A stretch of DNA of 32,000 nt from Desulfocapsa sulfexigens DSM 10523 (GTDB lineage: Bacteria; Desulfobacterota; Desulfobulbia; Desulfobulbales; Desulfocapsaceae): the NCBI RefSeq assembly GCF_000341395.1, contig NC_020304.1:690001-722000 (forward strand), in the 5' to 3' direction. Position numbers and translations under genes: made by a program. A model generated the notes under the pieces. The model made no database searches and was not told the DNA's origin. It saw only the letters and a program-made list of their open reading frames with translations. Positions 1 to 9,420 of this stretch are shown one piece after another (within the stretch, counting starts at the first letter, position 1; every line of letters begins with the position of its first letter).

Positions 1-704
1 CGCTGACTGAGCATACGTAGAAAATCAAAATAGAACCCTTTTTGTTCTATCTGGCTGGCTTGTTGGAAAAGCAGAGAATCAATCCGACTGCCCAGAAACA
101 GTCCCATTCCGGCAAAGAGGAAAACGAGCAAAAAGTGGTATAGTTTGAGGAAAAAAAAGGCATTACCTGATAACAGGAAACTGGTAACTGCTGATGGCCA
201 GTGCTCCAAATTAAGCTCCGGCCGCCTGACTAATTCAAGAAATCCTGGTCCCTGGGAAAAAAGATCCCTGGTGAAAACCTCTCGCTTAATATCATTAAGC
301 TTCTGATCCAGATCTGTTGCTCTGAGTGTCAACAAACGACACTGAGCAAGACGAACCTCAGCCTGATTTTTCTGGGTCTGCAGGCCAGCTCTCTCCCTGG
401 TGATCTCCCTAGACTCACCGGTCACCTTTTCACCAAGAGCAGCAAGAGTTGTATCTATTTGTTCCAGTTCCTGCCCAACTGCATGCACACAATTTTTTCC
501 CTGAGCTAAATATCCCTGCACCTGAAGTACCAGGACATCAACCTGGGCCAGTGACGTATCCTCCAGATTAATCTGAGAAATCTTCGTGATTTCCTGCTGA
601 GCTGCAGCAAACATATCGTCTTCCTGATCAGCGGAACGTAGGAAAGAGGGATGCATACAGAGGAAAACGAAGAGGAGAAAAGCCGCAATTAACGAATATT
701 TCAT
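1..704 (-). CDS. N-terminal part of a secreted/membrane protein resembling the extracytoplasmic N-terminus of large mechanosensitive-channel-type proteins; runs off the left edge
   Basis: Not in the ORF track because it has no stop inside the window. ATG at 704..702 (minus). It reads MKYSLIAAFLLFVFLCMHPSFLRSADQEDDMFAAAQQEITKISQINLEDTSLAQVDVLVLQ... with a signal peptide, a heptad-rich region and a hydrophobic LKLYHFLLVFLFAGMGLFLGSRI segment. The first 59 nt also read open in this frame. Confidence 0.6.
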   Translation of the reverse strand, partial: MKYSLIAAFLLFVFLCMHPSFLRSADQEDDMFAAAQQEITKISQINLEDTSLAQVDVLVLQVQGYLAQGKNCVHAVGQELEQIDTTLAALGEKVTGESREITRERAGLQTQKNQAEVRLAQCRLLTLRATDLDQKLNDIKREVFTRDLFSQGPGFLELVRRPELNLEHWPSAVTSFLLSGNAFFFLKLYHFLLVFLFAGMGLFLGSRIDSLLFQQASQIEQKGFYFDFLRMLSQ

Positions 705-903
705 GAACGGTCACTGTGAAAATTAATAGAGAATGTTTCTGAAACAGTATAACTTAGGTACATGACAATAGCAAAAAATCATGTTAGCCATGCGCGTGAC
801 AGGATCGGGATGGCCACAACGATCTTTGTCGTCGAACAGAGGGTATTCCCAAAATATACATTTCACCTGAAACTCTGCCCCGTACCCCCGAACAGGAGAG
901 ACA

Positions 904-1500
904 ATGGCGTTTCCAACTTTCTCTGACCTCTTGTCCATTTCCGATCCTGAAGTCCTACTGACAGGCTTGGCTGTTTTCACTGCCCGTATCTTCGATGTTT
1001 CCATTGGTACCGTACGCACCATTGTAACTGTTCAGGGACGTACCATACTCTCTTTCTTTCTGGCGGTCTTTGAGGTGACCATCTGGATCACAGTTGTCAG
1101 TGCCGTAATCCTTAAGATGACCGAAATGCCCATACTTATTATTTTCTACTCCCTTGGGTACGCCATGGGAAATGTGGTGGGTATCCTGGTGGAAAGGAGG
1201 CTTGCTTTTGGTATGATCATTCTCAAGGTTTTCAGTTCCTACCATGGCCAGAGAATGGCACAGACATTTCGTGAAATGGGCCAGCCAGTAACAATTTTCC
1301 ATGGTGAGGGAATGAAAGGGCCGGTTGTAGAACTTTATCTGGCCTGCAGAAGGCGGGATCTCAGGTGGATGATTGCCAAAGTCTATGAGATAGACAGTGA
1401 TGCCTTCTATGTTGTTGAGCAGGCAAAAGATGTCAGCAAAGTGCTGAAACCGGTATACTCTCCATTGGGCGGGTGGCGGCAGCGCAACAATAGAAAATAG
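904..1500 (+). CDS. UPF0316/DUF2179-like membrane protein
   Basis: 198 aa, AGGAGAG ribosome-binding site upstream. TARIFDVSIGTVRTIVTVQGR...LAVFEVTIWITVVSAV...GYAMGNVVGILVERRLAFG is typical of the UPF0316 family, followed by a soluble C-terminal domain. Confidence 0.85.
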   Translation: MAFPTFSDLLSISDPEVLLTGLAVFTARIFDVSIGTVRTIVTVQGRTILSFFLAVFEVTIWITVVSAVILKMTEMPILIIFYSLGYAMGNVVGILVERRLAFGMIILKVFSSYHGQRMAQTFREMGQPVTIFHGEGMKGPVVELYLACRRRDLRWMIAKVYEIDSDAFYVVEQAKDVSKVLKPVYSPLGGWRQRNNRK

Positions 1501-1716
1501 CAGACGGGGAATAGTCCTGATACAGGGAAGATATCTTTATTTTTGAAATAAAGACATAAAACGAGCGATGAAATGTAACGTCTAGGAAGGCACCCGATGG
1601 TTACGATTGGAAGATCAACTCTCCGATTACTTCGGGTTGCAATTCATCCCAATTGCAAACCAGATAAAAAATGAAAAGTGAGGGCAGGCATCGATTTTTG
1701 ACAGACTTAAACAATT

Positions 1717-4290
1717 TCATACATGATGTGGCAGCAATCCACGTTTTTCATCAAGCACTTGTCTGACAATTCTGGCCAATGTTGATCTATCAACGGGTTT
1801 CTTTGCATATTTTTTTATGCCAATTGCCAGGACACTCTCTTCTGTAGCGACAGTGCTGTAGCCAGTGCAGAGGATAATTGGCATGGTCGGCTTTATTTTC
1901 AAAACTTCCTGTGCCAATTCTATCCCGGACAGACCGGGCATGGTCTGATCTGTGATTAACAGGTCAAATTGCTCTGGTTGCAAGTAGATTTTTTCAAATG
2001 CCTTTTCACTGCTTGTTGCTGCTGTTACGCTATATCCAAGACCTTCCAGCACTAATTTTTGCAGGTTGATGATGCTGCTTTCATCATCAACTATAAAGAT
2101 ATGCTCACTCCCTGAAGGAAGAAGGGCTTCTTTCGTTTTTTCCTGAATTGAAACAACATGTTCCAAAACCGGGAAATGGACATGGAAAGTACTTCCTTTT
2201 CCTGGCTCGCTCTCTACCTGAATAAATCCTTTATAATCTTTTACGATTCCATGAATAACAGCTAATCCGAGACCTGTCCCCTTGCCGACCTTTTTAGTTG
2301 TAAAGTAGGGTTCAAAAATTCGTTCAATTGTTTTCTTGTCCATACCGTGACCGGTATCACTAACTGACAGAACAATAAAAGGGCCTGGAGAGACACCGTT
2401 TCCACTTATGTCTTCTGCTTGTATATCTTTACGGCATAAGCTGACAGACAAAGTCCCTTTTTCCTTTTCCATAGCATGGAAAGCATTGGTACAGAGGTTC
2501 ACCACTATTTGATGGAGAGTTGTCGGGTCTGCCAGAATTGATCCACAGTCAGTGGCAATTTTTTCATTGATGGAAAGAGTTGTCGGCAGTGATGCACGCA
2601 GCATTTTAAATGCTTCTTTGACAATCAAATGAGGCATCACAGGTTGCAGGGCGCGCTCCGTTGTCCGACTGAAGGAGAGAATTTGCTTTACAAGTTCTGT
2701 TGCCCGTTTCCCGGCCGTCAGAACTTCATCAATATCTTTTGCTGCATTGCTATCATTTGGTATATCGAGCCTTGCCAATTCTGCATAACCGATAATTGCA
2801 GAAAGAATATTGTTGAAATCATGGGCAACACCACCAGCCAAAGTACCAATTGCCTCCATTTTGTGGGCCTGAAAAAGTTCTTCCTCCAGTTTTTTCTGTT
2901 CAGTGATGTCTCTGGCAACGTGGACAACATATCGCACCCCATTATTTTTATTAAGAAGAGGGGCAGATGATACCTGAAAAATTTTCCCCAGCCCTTTATG
3001 TTCGATTATTTCCGAATGGTTATTAATATTTTCAATTACATTAATACCAGGACATCCCGGACAGGGCTGCACACTTCCTCGGAAAATTTCACAACATTTT
3101 TTGCCTTCAAGCTCTCCCGGCTTTGCCTCAAAAAAATCATATGCTGCCTTATTGGCCCGGACTATCCGCATATTTTTGTCCTGAATAGTAACAATATCAG
3201 CCATAGCATTAAATGTCTTTTCCCACTCTTCCTGAGCCTCGAGGGCACGATTTTCAGCCTTCTTGCGTTCGTTAACCTCTGTGCTTAACTCGCTCACGGT
3301 CACTTGTAACTTACTTTTGGCCTTTACAAGGCGCCCCACAAGATTATTGAAGCTGACATAAAGGATGGAGAGACACAGAACTGTCAGCAAAAGAACAAGC
3401 GCTGACATTTGAAAAATATAGCTGTCTTTTTGCTGAACCAGATCCGTGATATCTTGTAAAATTGTAATGCCACCAAGTACTTCATTATGATAATTTGTAA
3501 AAATGGGCTGAGAATGAAGAATATAAACTTTATTGCCCAACGTAATTTGATTGATGGGGATATTGAAATCAATTTTTGAAGGCAGGCTTTTGTATAAAGG
3601 ATCGCCATGGGTATTCAAAAGAAATGCGCCAAACTTTCTCATTTTAAAGTGCCCCGATTCATGATCAACCTTCTGCCACACTCTGTCGAAAAAATATGAA
3701 GCAGCCTTGCCAGAGAGATCAATTTCAGCAACCTCCAGTAACTGGTGAACTTTGATTCCAAACTCCATAACACCCACAAAGGCACCTTCAAAAAAGACAG
3801 GCTGGGCTATTCTGAAAAATGCGCCATGCCTGCCAATTTCATAACCGGAAAGCTGTTTATGAATCTTGTTAACACTATCAATAATTGGCCGAACAGTCTG
3901 CAGATTATCACCGAAAAAACCTGGATTATGCATGCGCAGAAATGTTGTGCCATCTGGTAGATGAAAATGCATCACACTGAAATGAATATTTTCTTTTGTA
4001 AGGGCGTCATATATTGGAAGAGTCGAGTTGTATAATTGTTCACGATTACGGTTAGCAAAAGCTGTAACCATTTGAGGATTAAGCTGTAATAGGTTTTCAA
4101 TCCGTAAAAGATAGGGCCCAAAAGAATATTTTTCTAAAATGCCGATACGAGTCTGAAAATTTACTTCTTCTTCCTCAATGACTCGCTTCAATGAAACATT
4201 ATGAAGGGCAATACCATGATACAAAGAAATACCGGCAAGAATAATGATTGAAAGCGCAACTGTGATAATAGCTTTGTTTTTATCACTCAT
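1717..4290 (-). CDS. Hybrid sensor histidine kinase (cache-like sensor, PAS, HisKA/HATPase_c, C-terminal receiver domain)
   Basis: 857 aa. N-terminal TM plus periplasmic sensor, second TM (LVLLLTVLCLSILYVSF), PAS region, H-box HKMEAIGTLAGGVAHDFNNILSAIIGY, ATPase G boxes DTGHGMDKKTIERIFEPYFTTKKVGKGTGLGLAVIHGIV, and receiver IFIVDDESSIINLQKL...DLLITDQTMPGLSGIEL. Confidence 0.92.
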   Translation of the reverse strand: MSDKNKAIITVALSIIILAGISLYHGIALHNVSLKRVIEEEEVNFQTRIGILEKYSFGPYLLRIENLLQLNPQMVTAFANRNREQLYNSTLPIYDALTKENIHFSVMHFHLPDGTTFLRMHNPGFFGDNLQTVRPIIDSVNKIHKQLSGYEIGRHGAFFRIAQPVFFEGAFVGVMEFGIKVHQLLEVAEIDLSGKAASYFFDRVWQKVDHESGHFKMRKFGAFLLNTHGDPLYKSLPSKIDFNIPINQITLGNKVYILHSQPIFTNYHNEVLGGITILQDITDLVQQKDSYIFQMSALVLLLTVLCLSILYVSFNNLVGRLVKAKSKLQVTVSELSTEVNERKKAENRALEAQEEWEKTFNAMADIVTIQDKNMRIVRANKAAYDFFEAKPGELEGKKCCEIFRGSVQPCPGCPGINVIENINNHSEIIEHKGLGKIFQVSSAPLLNKNNGVRYVVHVARDITEQKKLEEELFQAHKMEAIGTLAGGVAHDFNNILSAIIGYAELARLDIPNDSNAAKDIDEVLTAGKRATELVKQILSFSRTTERALQPVMPHLIVKEAFKMLRASLPTTLSINEKIATDCGSILADPTTLHQIVVNLCTNAFHAMEKEKGTLSVSLCRKDIQAEDISGNGVSPGPFIVLSVSDTGHGMDKKTIERIFEPYFTTKKVGKGTGLGLAVIHGIVKDYKGFIQVESEPGKGSTFHVHFPVLEHVVSIQEKTKEALLPSGSEHIFIVDDESSIINLQKLVLEGLGYSVTAATSSEKAFEKIYLQPEQFDLLITDQTMPGLSGIELAQEVLKIKPTMPIILCTGYSTVATEESVLAIGIKKYAKKPVDRSTLARIVRQVLDEKRGLLPHHV

Positions 4291-4677
4291 CCCTATCTCG
4301 CTGTGTTGACGGTTTCAAACATCAGAAACTGCTTATGATATGGTTCGAAACTGAGGGTTGCTTTTTTACCTGTATGCAAAGGCATCTTTAACCCAATGCT
4401 CTTCCCTCATTTCTTATGTTTTCGCACAAATAAAAAAAAGAGTCAATGAACCCCAAGATTAGCACATCCGCCCTCATCAGGAACAAGGGGCGTAATTAAT
4501 CGGAAAGGGGTTGCGAGCAGTTAAGATGCTTGCTTATTTTTCCTGTCAAATATTTTCACCATATAGAGCACGACAATAGGGATCGAGAGAATAAGACAGA
4601 GAACAGCGGCTGTTACTGAGGCATAGGACAGGACAGCCTTAGCTAGAACGGGCAGCAATTGAAGCGAGTAAAAGAAA

Positions 4678-5940
4678 TCAAGCAGATGTGTCCTTATTTC
4701 CCAGACAGCGAAAATCATAGCCACTGGGGTTTTGGAAAATTCGCAAACCAAACTCGGGGATTGCGGCCAGCAGGTGATCAAAGATATCCGCCTGGATCGC
4801 TTCGTAGTTGGCCCAAGCTTGATCTTTTGAAAAGACGTAAATTTCGAGAGGGAGGCCGTGCTCAGTCGGAGCAAGCTGTCGGACCAGAAAAGTCATCTCT
4901 TGATGGAGTTTTGTATTATTTCTGAGGTATGCAATAACGTAGGCACGGAAAATTCCGACGTTGGTCTGGCGACGGCCACTGATAGTAAGGTTTTGATCAT
5001 AGTTATGGTGCAGGTTATATTCTTCAATTTCCTGTTGTTTATTCCTTATGTAATCGGCTATCAGAGAAAAATTGGAGAGTTTGTCAAGCATCTGCTCATC
5101 GCAGAAGCGGATCGAATGAATATCTATATTCAATGCCCGTTTTATTCGTCTGCCCCCCGATTCGGACATTCCTCGCCAATTTTTAAAAGAGTTGGAGACA
5201 AGGGCATAGGTGGGGATAGTTGAAATGGTTTTGTCCCAGTTCTGGACGCGAATAGAATGGATGGAGATATCAACAACATCACCGTCGGCACCATATTGCG
5301 GTATTTCTACCCAATCCCCGAGACGTACCATGTCTGTGGAATTAATCTGGATTGAAGCGACAAAACCGAGAATCGAGTCTTTGAAAACCAACATGGTTAC
5401 GGCAGTCAGACCGCCGAGAACGGAGAGAATACCCCAGGGAGATTTCCCTGTAAAAATGGAGATAAGAAAAATTGCCCCAAGGACGTAAGTGAGTATTTTG
5501 CCAGCATCGATGTAACTACGAAGGCTGGCCCCCTTATTCTTTCTAACTATTCGATGGATATCGTTAGCTGAAGAGAGTAAAGCGGTTAAGCTGAGGACTG
5601 AAACAATGACAAAGCTGGCGGTTATCAGTCGTTTTGCAGGAAGATAGCTTGTAGCCCCCTGATCAAGAAACATATCGATTGCCAGAGAAAAAACGGTCAC
5701 CGGAACGAACCAACTGATTTTGCTGAGCAATTTGTTTTTAGCCAAAGGATCATCCCATCTGTAGTTATTCGATTGAATCCAGTTGGTAAGGAACTTTAAC
5801 AGGGTTTTGCGGACAATCAGGGTCGTTATAATTGCTGTCAAGATTACAGCAAAAGCTATCAGCATGTAAGCCAGCAGTTCTACCGTTGTGGATGACAGCT
5901 TGAGATTTTGGAAAAGAGAGGTGAACCAATTATTTTTCAT
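4678..5940 (-). CDS. Mechanosensitive ion channel of MscS family, YbdG/MscM-like
   Basis: 420 aa. Multiple TMs; GGLTAVTMLVFKDSILGFVASIQINSTDMVRLGDWVEIPQYGADGDVVDISIHSIRVQNWDKTISTIPTYALVSNSFKNWRGMSESGGRRIKRAL is characteristic of YbdG-type channels. Confidence 0.9.
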   Translation of the reverse strand: MKNNWFTSLFQNLKLSSTTVELLAYMLIAFAVILTAIITTLIVRKTLLKFLTNWIQSNNYRWDDPLAKNKLLSKISWFVPVTVFSLAIDMFLDQGATSYLPAKRLITASFVIVSVLSLTALLSSANDIHRIVRKNKGASLRSYIDAGKILTYVLGAIFLISIFTGKSPWGILSVLGGLTAVTMLVFKDSILGFVASIQINSTDMVRLGDWVEIPQYGADGDVVDISIHSIRVQNWDKTISTIPTYALVSNSFKNWRGMSESGGRRIKRALNIDIHSIRFCDEQMLDKLSNFSLIADYIRNKQQEIEEYNLHHNYDQNLTISGRRQTNVGIFRAYVIAYLRNNTKLHQEMTFLVRQLAPTEHGLPLEIYVFSKDQAWANYEAIQADIFDHLLAAIPEFGLRIFQNPSGYDFRCLGNKDTSA

Positions 5941-6446
5941 AGAAAAACATCCTTCCTGTATGGATCAAAATTTTGATTCTGCTTGCGACTCTTGTGTTTT
6001 TTCCAAAATAACACATTGTATTTCAGACAGATACCAACAAAAACCCATCATCCTGGCCAGTTGGAATCGTAATGCGATCAAAAAAAGAGGACTGAACATA
6101 AATAAAGATTTTGCTCAATTATCTTTTAAGTTTCAAGATATTTATGGATTAAGATCATATTTCGATAATCTCCGGGATCGAGCAATGTCCTTCCTGGGTC
6201 ACTCATTTTTTTGATAACTGAGCTCTGCTAACAAATGCAACGCACCTTTTCATCTCTTCCCAGGAACCTTTTATTCACTTGCTCCACTAAGGCTTATGTT
6301 GTAAAATAATTTTTATTGATTTCACTTGAAATTCGAGCGGATTGCAACCTTTAAACTCCTACAGCCAAAACCATTTGGCGATGGAGAAAATCAAGGGGCA
6401 CCCGATTCTTAGTACCTCACCTACCTGCCCCCACACAAAAAAACGT

Positions 6447-8171
6447 ATGAACAACTCTCTGGATCTCTGGAAACTCCTGGCCGGCCTGGCCATTTTTCTC
6501 TATGGCATGTTCCTTATGGAAGACTCCATCAAGAACATGTCCGGCAAAGCCTTCCGCAGAATAATCAGGAAATACACCGATGGCCGTCTCCGCTCCGTAG
6601 CCAGCGGTGCCCTGATCACCGCCATCCTCCAGAGTAGTGCAGCGGTATCCCTCATGGTTCTGGCCTTTGTCGGAGCCGAAGTGATGACGATGGCCAACGG
6701 TATCGGGGTGATAATGGGGTCAAATATAGGCACCACCTTCACGGCCTGGCTTGTTGCCGTCTTCGGCTTCAAGCTCAAGATCGAGACCTTTGCCCTTCCT
6801 CTTATTGCCGTAGGGGGAATAATCCTCATCGGCTTCGGCCCCAGATCCCGAATATTCCAGGCCAGCCGTCTTCTCATGGGGTTTGGTTTTCTTTTTCTTG
6901 GTCTGGATTTCATGAAAACCAGCGTTGAAAACTTTGCTCAGCATCTTGATATCCAAAGTATTTCCGCCTACGGCCTGTGGCTTTACGCCATCGTCGGCAT
7001 ACTGATCACAGCTCTCATGCAGTCAAGCTCTGTCAGTATTGCCATTGTCCTTACTGCCCTGAACAGCAGCCTGATCACATTTCCAATGGCCGCAGCCATG
7101 GTTATCGGAGCTAATGTCGGTAGCACCGTCACGGTTTTACTCGGGGCCATCGGCGGAACCCAGTCAAAAAAAAGGGTAAGTGTCAGTCATCTCATATTCA
7201 ATCTCGTGACTGGTACCGTAGCCTTTACTGCCATCCAGCCCCTTTCCTGGATGGTCAGCCATTTTATCAATACTACCACCAACAGCGTCATGGCACTGGC
7301 CCTCTTTCACACGCTGTTCAATGTCATTGGTGTCCTGCTCTTTTTCCCCTTTATCGGCATACTCGCCCGCTATCTGGTCAAAATGTTCCCAGATCGCAAG
7401 GAAGTACTCACCGTTTTTCTGCGAAATACCTCCACTGAAATGCCGGATGCAGCTATTTCCTCTTTGCGCCAGGAGATTCTCCACCTTTTTGAGGAATGTC
7501 AGCTCTACAATCTCCGCTCCTTCCGGATTGACGAAAAGCTGGTTTTCGACCACTCCCTGCCCTTTGAGAAAAACGCCATAAAACGATTCAGCCTTGAAGA
7601 TCAGTACGACAACATCAAACTCCTCCACGGCGAAATTTTTGAGTTCTACGCCAAGCTCCTCAATGAAAAGCTCGAAGACTCCGAGGCCAAGGAGCTTGAA
7701 CTGATCATTTATGCCTCTCGTAATATCATGAACTCCATCAAAAACATCAAGGGCGTCCGAAATAATCTTGATGAGTTTGACGCCGCTGACAACGACCACC
7801 TCAACAGCCAGTACAAAGCGTTCAGACGTCGGCTTATGGAGCTGTATCATGACATCAGTCGCTTTCGACGACTCGAGAACAATCATGAATTATACAGAGG
7901 CCTGTTACGTTCCATTGTCCACCTGGAAAAGTCAGACACTCTTTTTATCAAGGAAACCTTAAAACTGACGACCTCCGGCGCCATCAAAGAAATCGATATA
8001 GCCTCCCTGCTCATGGTCAACCGTCTCTTCAACCAGGCCTGTCGCCTCCAGATATTTGCCCTAAAAGACCTGCTACTTGCGCAGAAACAGATCCAGGATT
8101 TTGACCACGCCCTGGAGATGAAGATTCTCCTGGATGAGGAAACAAGCAGGGAAGAAAAAGAAAACACATGA
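6447..8171 (+). CDS. Na/Pi cotransporter family protein with PhoU-like C-terminal domain
   Basis: The ORF track opens at 6342, but the conserved N-terminus starts at the internal ATG at 6447 (MNNSLDLWKLLAGLAIFLYGMFLMEDSIKNMSGKAFRRIIRKYT). Duplicated motifs GALITAILQSSAAVSLMVLAFV and GILITALMQSSSVSIAIVLTAL, then a helical C-terminus. Confidence 0.92.
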   Translation: MNNSLDLWKLLAGLAIFLYGMFLMEDSIKNMSGKAFRRIIRKYTDGRLRSVASGALITAILQSSAAVSLMVLAFVGAEVMTMANGIGVIMGSNIGTTFTAWLVAVFGFKLKIETFALPLIAVGGIILIGFGPRSRIFQASRLLMGFGFLFLGLDFMKTSVENFAQHLDIQSISAYGLWLYAIVGILITALMQSSSVSIAIVLTALNSSLITFPMAAAMVIGANVGSTVTVLLGAIGGTQSKKRVSVSHLIFNLVTGTVAFTAIQPLSWMVSHFINTTTNSVMALALFHTLFNVIGVLLFFPFIGILARYLVKMFPDRKEVLTVFLRNTSTEMPDAAISSLRQEILHLFEECQLYNLRSFRIDEKLVFDHSLPFEKNAIKRFSLEDQYDNIKLLHGEIFEFYAKLLNEKLEDSEAKELELIIYASRNIMNSIKNIKGVRNNLDEFDAADNDHLNSQYKAFRRRLMELYHDISRFRRLENNHELYRGLLRSIVHLEKSDTLFIKETLKLTTSGAIKEIDIASLLMVNRLFNQACRLQIFALKDLLLAQKQIQDFDHALEMKILLDEETSREEKENT

Positions 8172-8380
8172 CAAAACAATAAATTGCCATCTTTACTGGC
8201 TTCTGAACACCTCCCAGTAAAGATGGTAGTCGAGTAATCTTTTAGTTCCTCTCTCAGCCCGCTCCTTCCGTAGCCATTTCATGATTCCCATTCCTGATTA
8301 CCATCGAAACTCAGTTCTGCAATCCGGAGTTGTTCCGTGTCGATTATATGGGACGCATAAACCCATCCCTGGGGGCTCTG

Positions 8381-8401
8381 CTGCGGCCGTCCAGGCCGCA
8401 G
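8381..8401. repeat. Perfect GC-rich inverted repeat / hairpin CTGCGGCC-gtcca-GGCCGCAG
   Basis: 8-bp perfect arms with a 5-nt loop in the intergenic region. No following T-tract. Confidence 0.6.
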
Positions 8402-8648
8402 ATGCCCATATAAGCAACACGAAACAACTCCCCCTCAGACGGGTAGGCTGAGGATTAGTGGAAATCAGATTCCCCCTTGATTGGCAACGACCATATCTTT
8501 ACCTGACGCAGCCCGGACTTGCTTAACCAGACCTCCAGGTTCCTATTCTGAACAAGAAACCACAGTATCTCTCCTCGAATATTTTCAGCCCGCCACAATG
8601 AGAACGCTATCTGTCCGAATTAACACGACAACAATCAACTAACGTCTC

Positions 8649-8664
8649 TGGCACGATAAGTGCT
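8649..8664 (+). promoter_or_regulatory. Candidate sigma54 -24/-12 promoter upstream of the first LysW-like gene
   Basis: TGGCACG-ATAA-GTGCT; GG and GC are separated by exactly 10 nt; about 70 nt upstream of the 8734 ATG. Confidence 0.65.
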
Positions 8665-8733
8665 AATGATTTTTCCGGGTGTCCGTGAACTCAATGCTCC
8701 CCGGACAACATTAATCAATATGAGGAAGGACGC

Positions 8734-8952
8734 ATGCGTGAAAGGGAACCGGATGAAGTAATGGACTGGTGTGAGTGTAAAAACTGTGGTGCGCATGTTG
8801 AAGTAGCCTCTTATCTGAAGCGGGGGAACATGGTCTACTGCAAAGAATGTGAAGAGGCTTATATTATTTCCAGTCGCAATCCAACCACGATTCAAGTCCA
8901 GAAAGAGCGGCAACTTGGGACACCCTGGTTGGATGGATCTTACTTTATTTAA
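8734..8952 (+). CDS. Small LysW-like double-CxxC zinc-ribbon protein (paralog A)
   Basis: 72 aa: ...CKNCGAHVEVASYLKRGNMVYCKECEEAYIISSRNPTTIQV...; CxxC-x17-CxxC spacing and the downstream YxI.S..P motif are shared with the other paralogs. Confidence 0.8.
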   Translation: MREREPDEVMDWCECKNCGAHVEVASYLKRGNMVYCKECEEAYIISSRNPTTIQVQKERQLGTPWLDGSYFI

Positions 8953-8993
8953 TACAAACACTGGCGGAATAACACCAATCGAAGGAGGAGAGG

Positions 8994-9311
8994 ATGGGAA
9001 AAAAAGGCAAGAAATATGAAAATGAAGAGATAGTAGATTGCAAAGCCTGCGATGGCGTTATTTCCCTTGGCTTTTACATGGGACGTGGTGATATCGTCTG
9101 CTGTGAAGAATGTGACGCTGAATATCTTATTAATTCGCGGAAGCCACTGCAACTGGAATTACTCAATGAAGATGATGACGACGATGTTTTCGACCCCATA
9201 AGTGATTATGACGACGACGACAATGTCGATGAGGATAGCGACGAAGACTACAACATAGGTGACTATGACTATGACGATGATGACGACTATAACGACGGTC
9301 GCTATGATTGA
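8994..9311 (+). CDS. Small LysW-like double-CxxC protein with long Asp/Glu/Tyr-rich C-terminal tail (paralog B)
   Basis: 105 aa, strong GGAGGAG RBS. CKACDGVISLGFYMGRGDIVCCEECDAEYLINSRKPLQLELL is followed by NEDDDDDVFDPISDYDDDDNVDEDSDEDYNIGDYDYDDDDDYNDGRYD. Confidence 0.85.
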   Translation: MGKKGKKYENEEIVDCKACDGVISLGFYMGRGDIVCCEECDAEYLINSRKPLQLELLNEDDDDDVFDPISDYDDDDNVDEDSDEDYNIGDYDYDDDDDYNDGRYD

Positions 9312-9420
9312 TTAACCAATGAACCACCGAGAGAAACAACGGGCAGTGCCCAGGGAGTGATGCAACCACCTGCGGCCGTTTATTTTGGGAAGAGTAAGGG
9401 ACAGATTTTGTTACAAGCCC

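Noticed and set aside
4521-4874. 117-aa minus-strand ORF with a hydrophobic C-terminus (TAAVLCLILSIPIVVLYMVKIF)
   Set aside because: Overlaps the 3' end of the YbdG-like channel in another frame. Considered as a small membrane protein or frameshifted extension, but the channel already ends with a plausible C-terminus and there is no start or RBS evidence.
7164-7886. 240-aa minus-strand ORF
   Set aside because: Antisense to the Na/Pi cotransporter coding region; composition consistent with a shadow frame.
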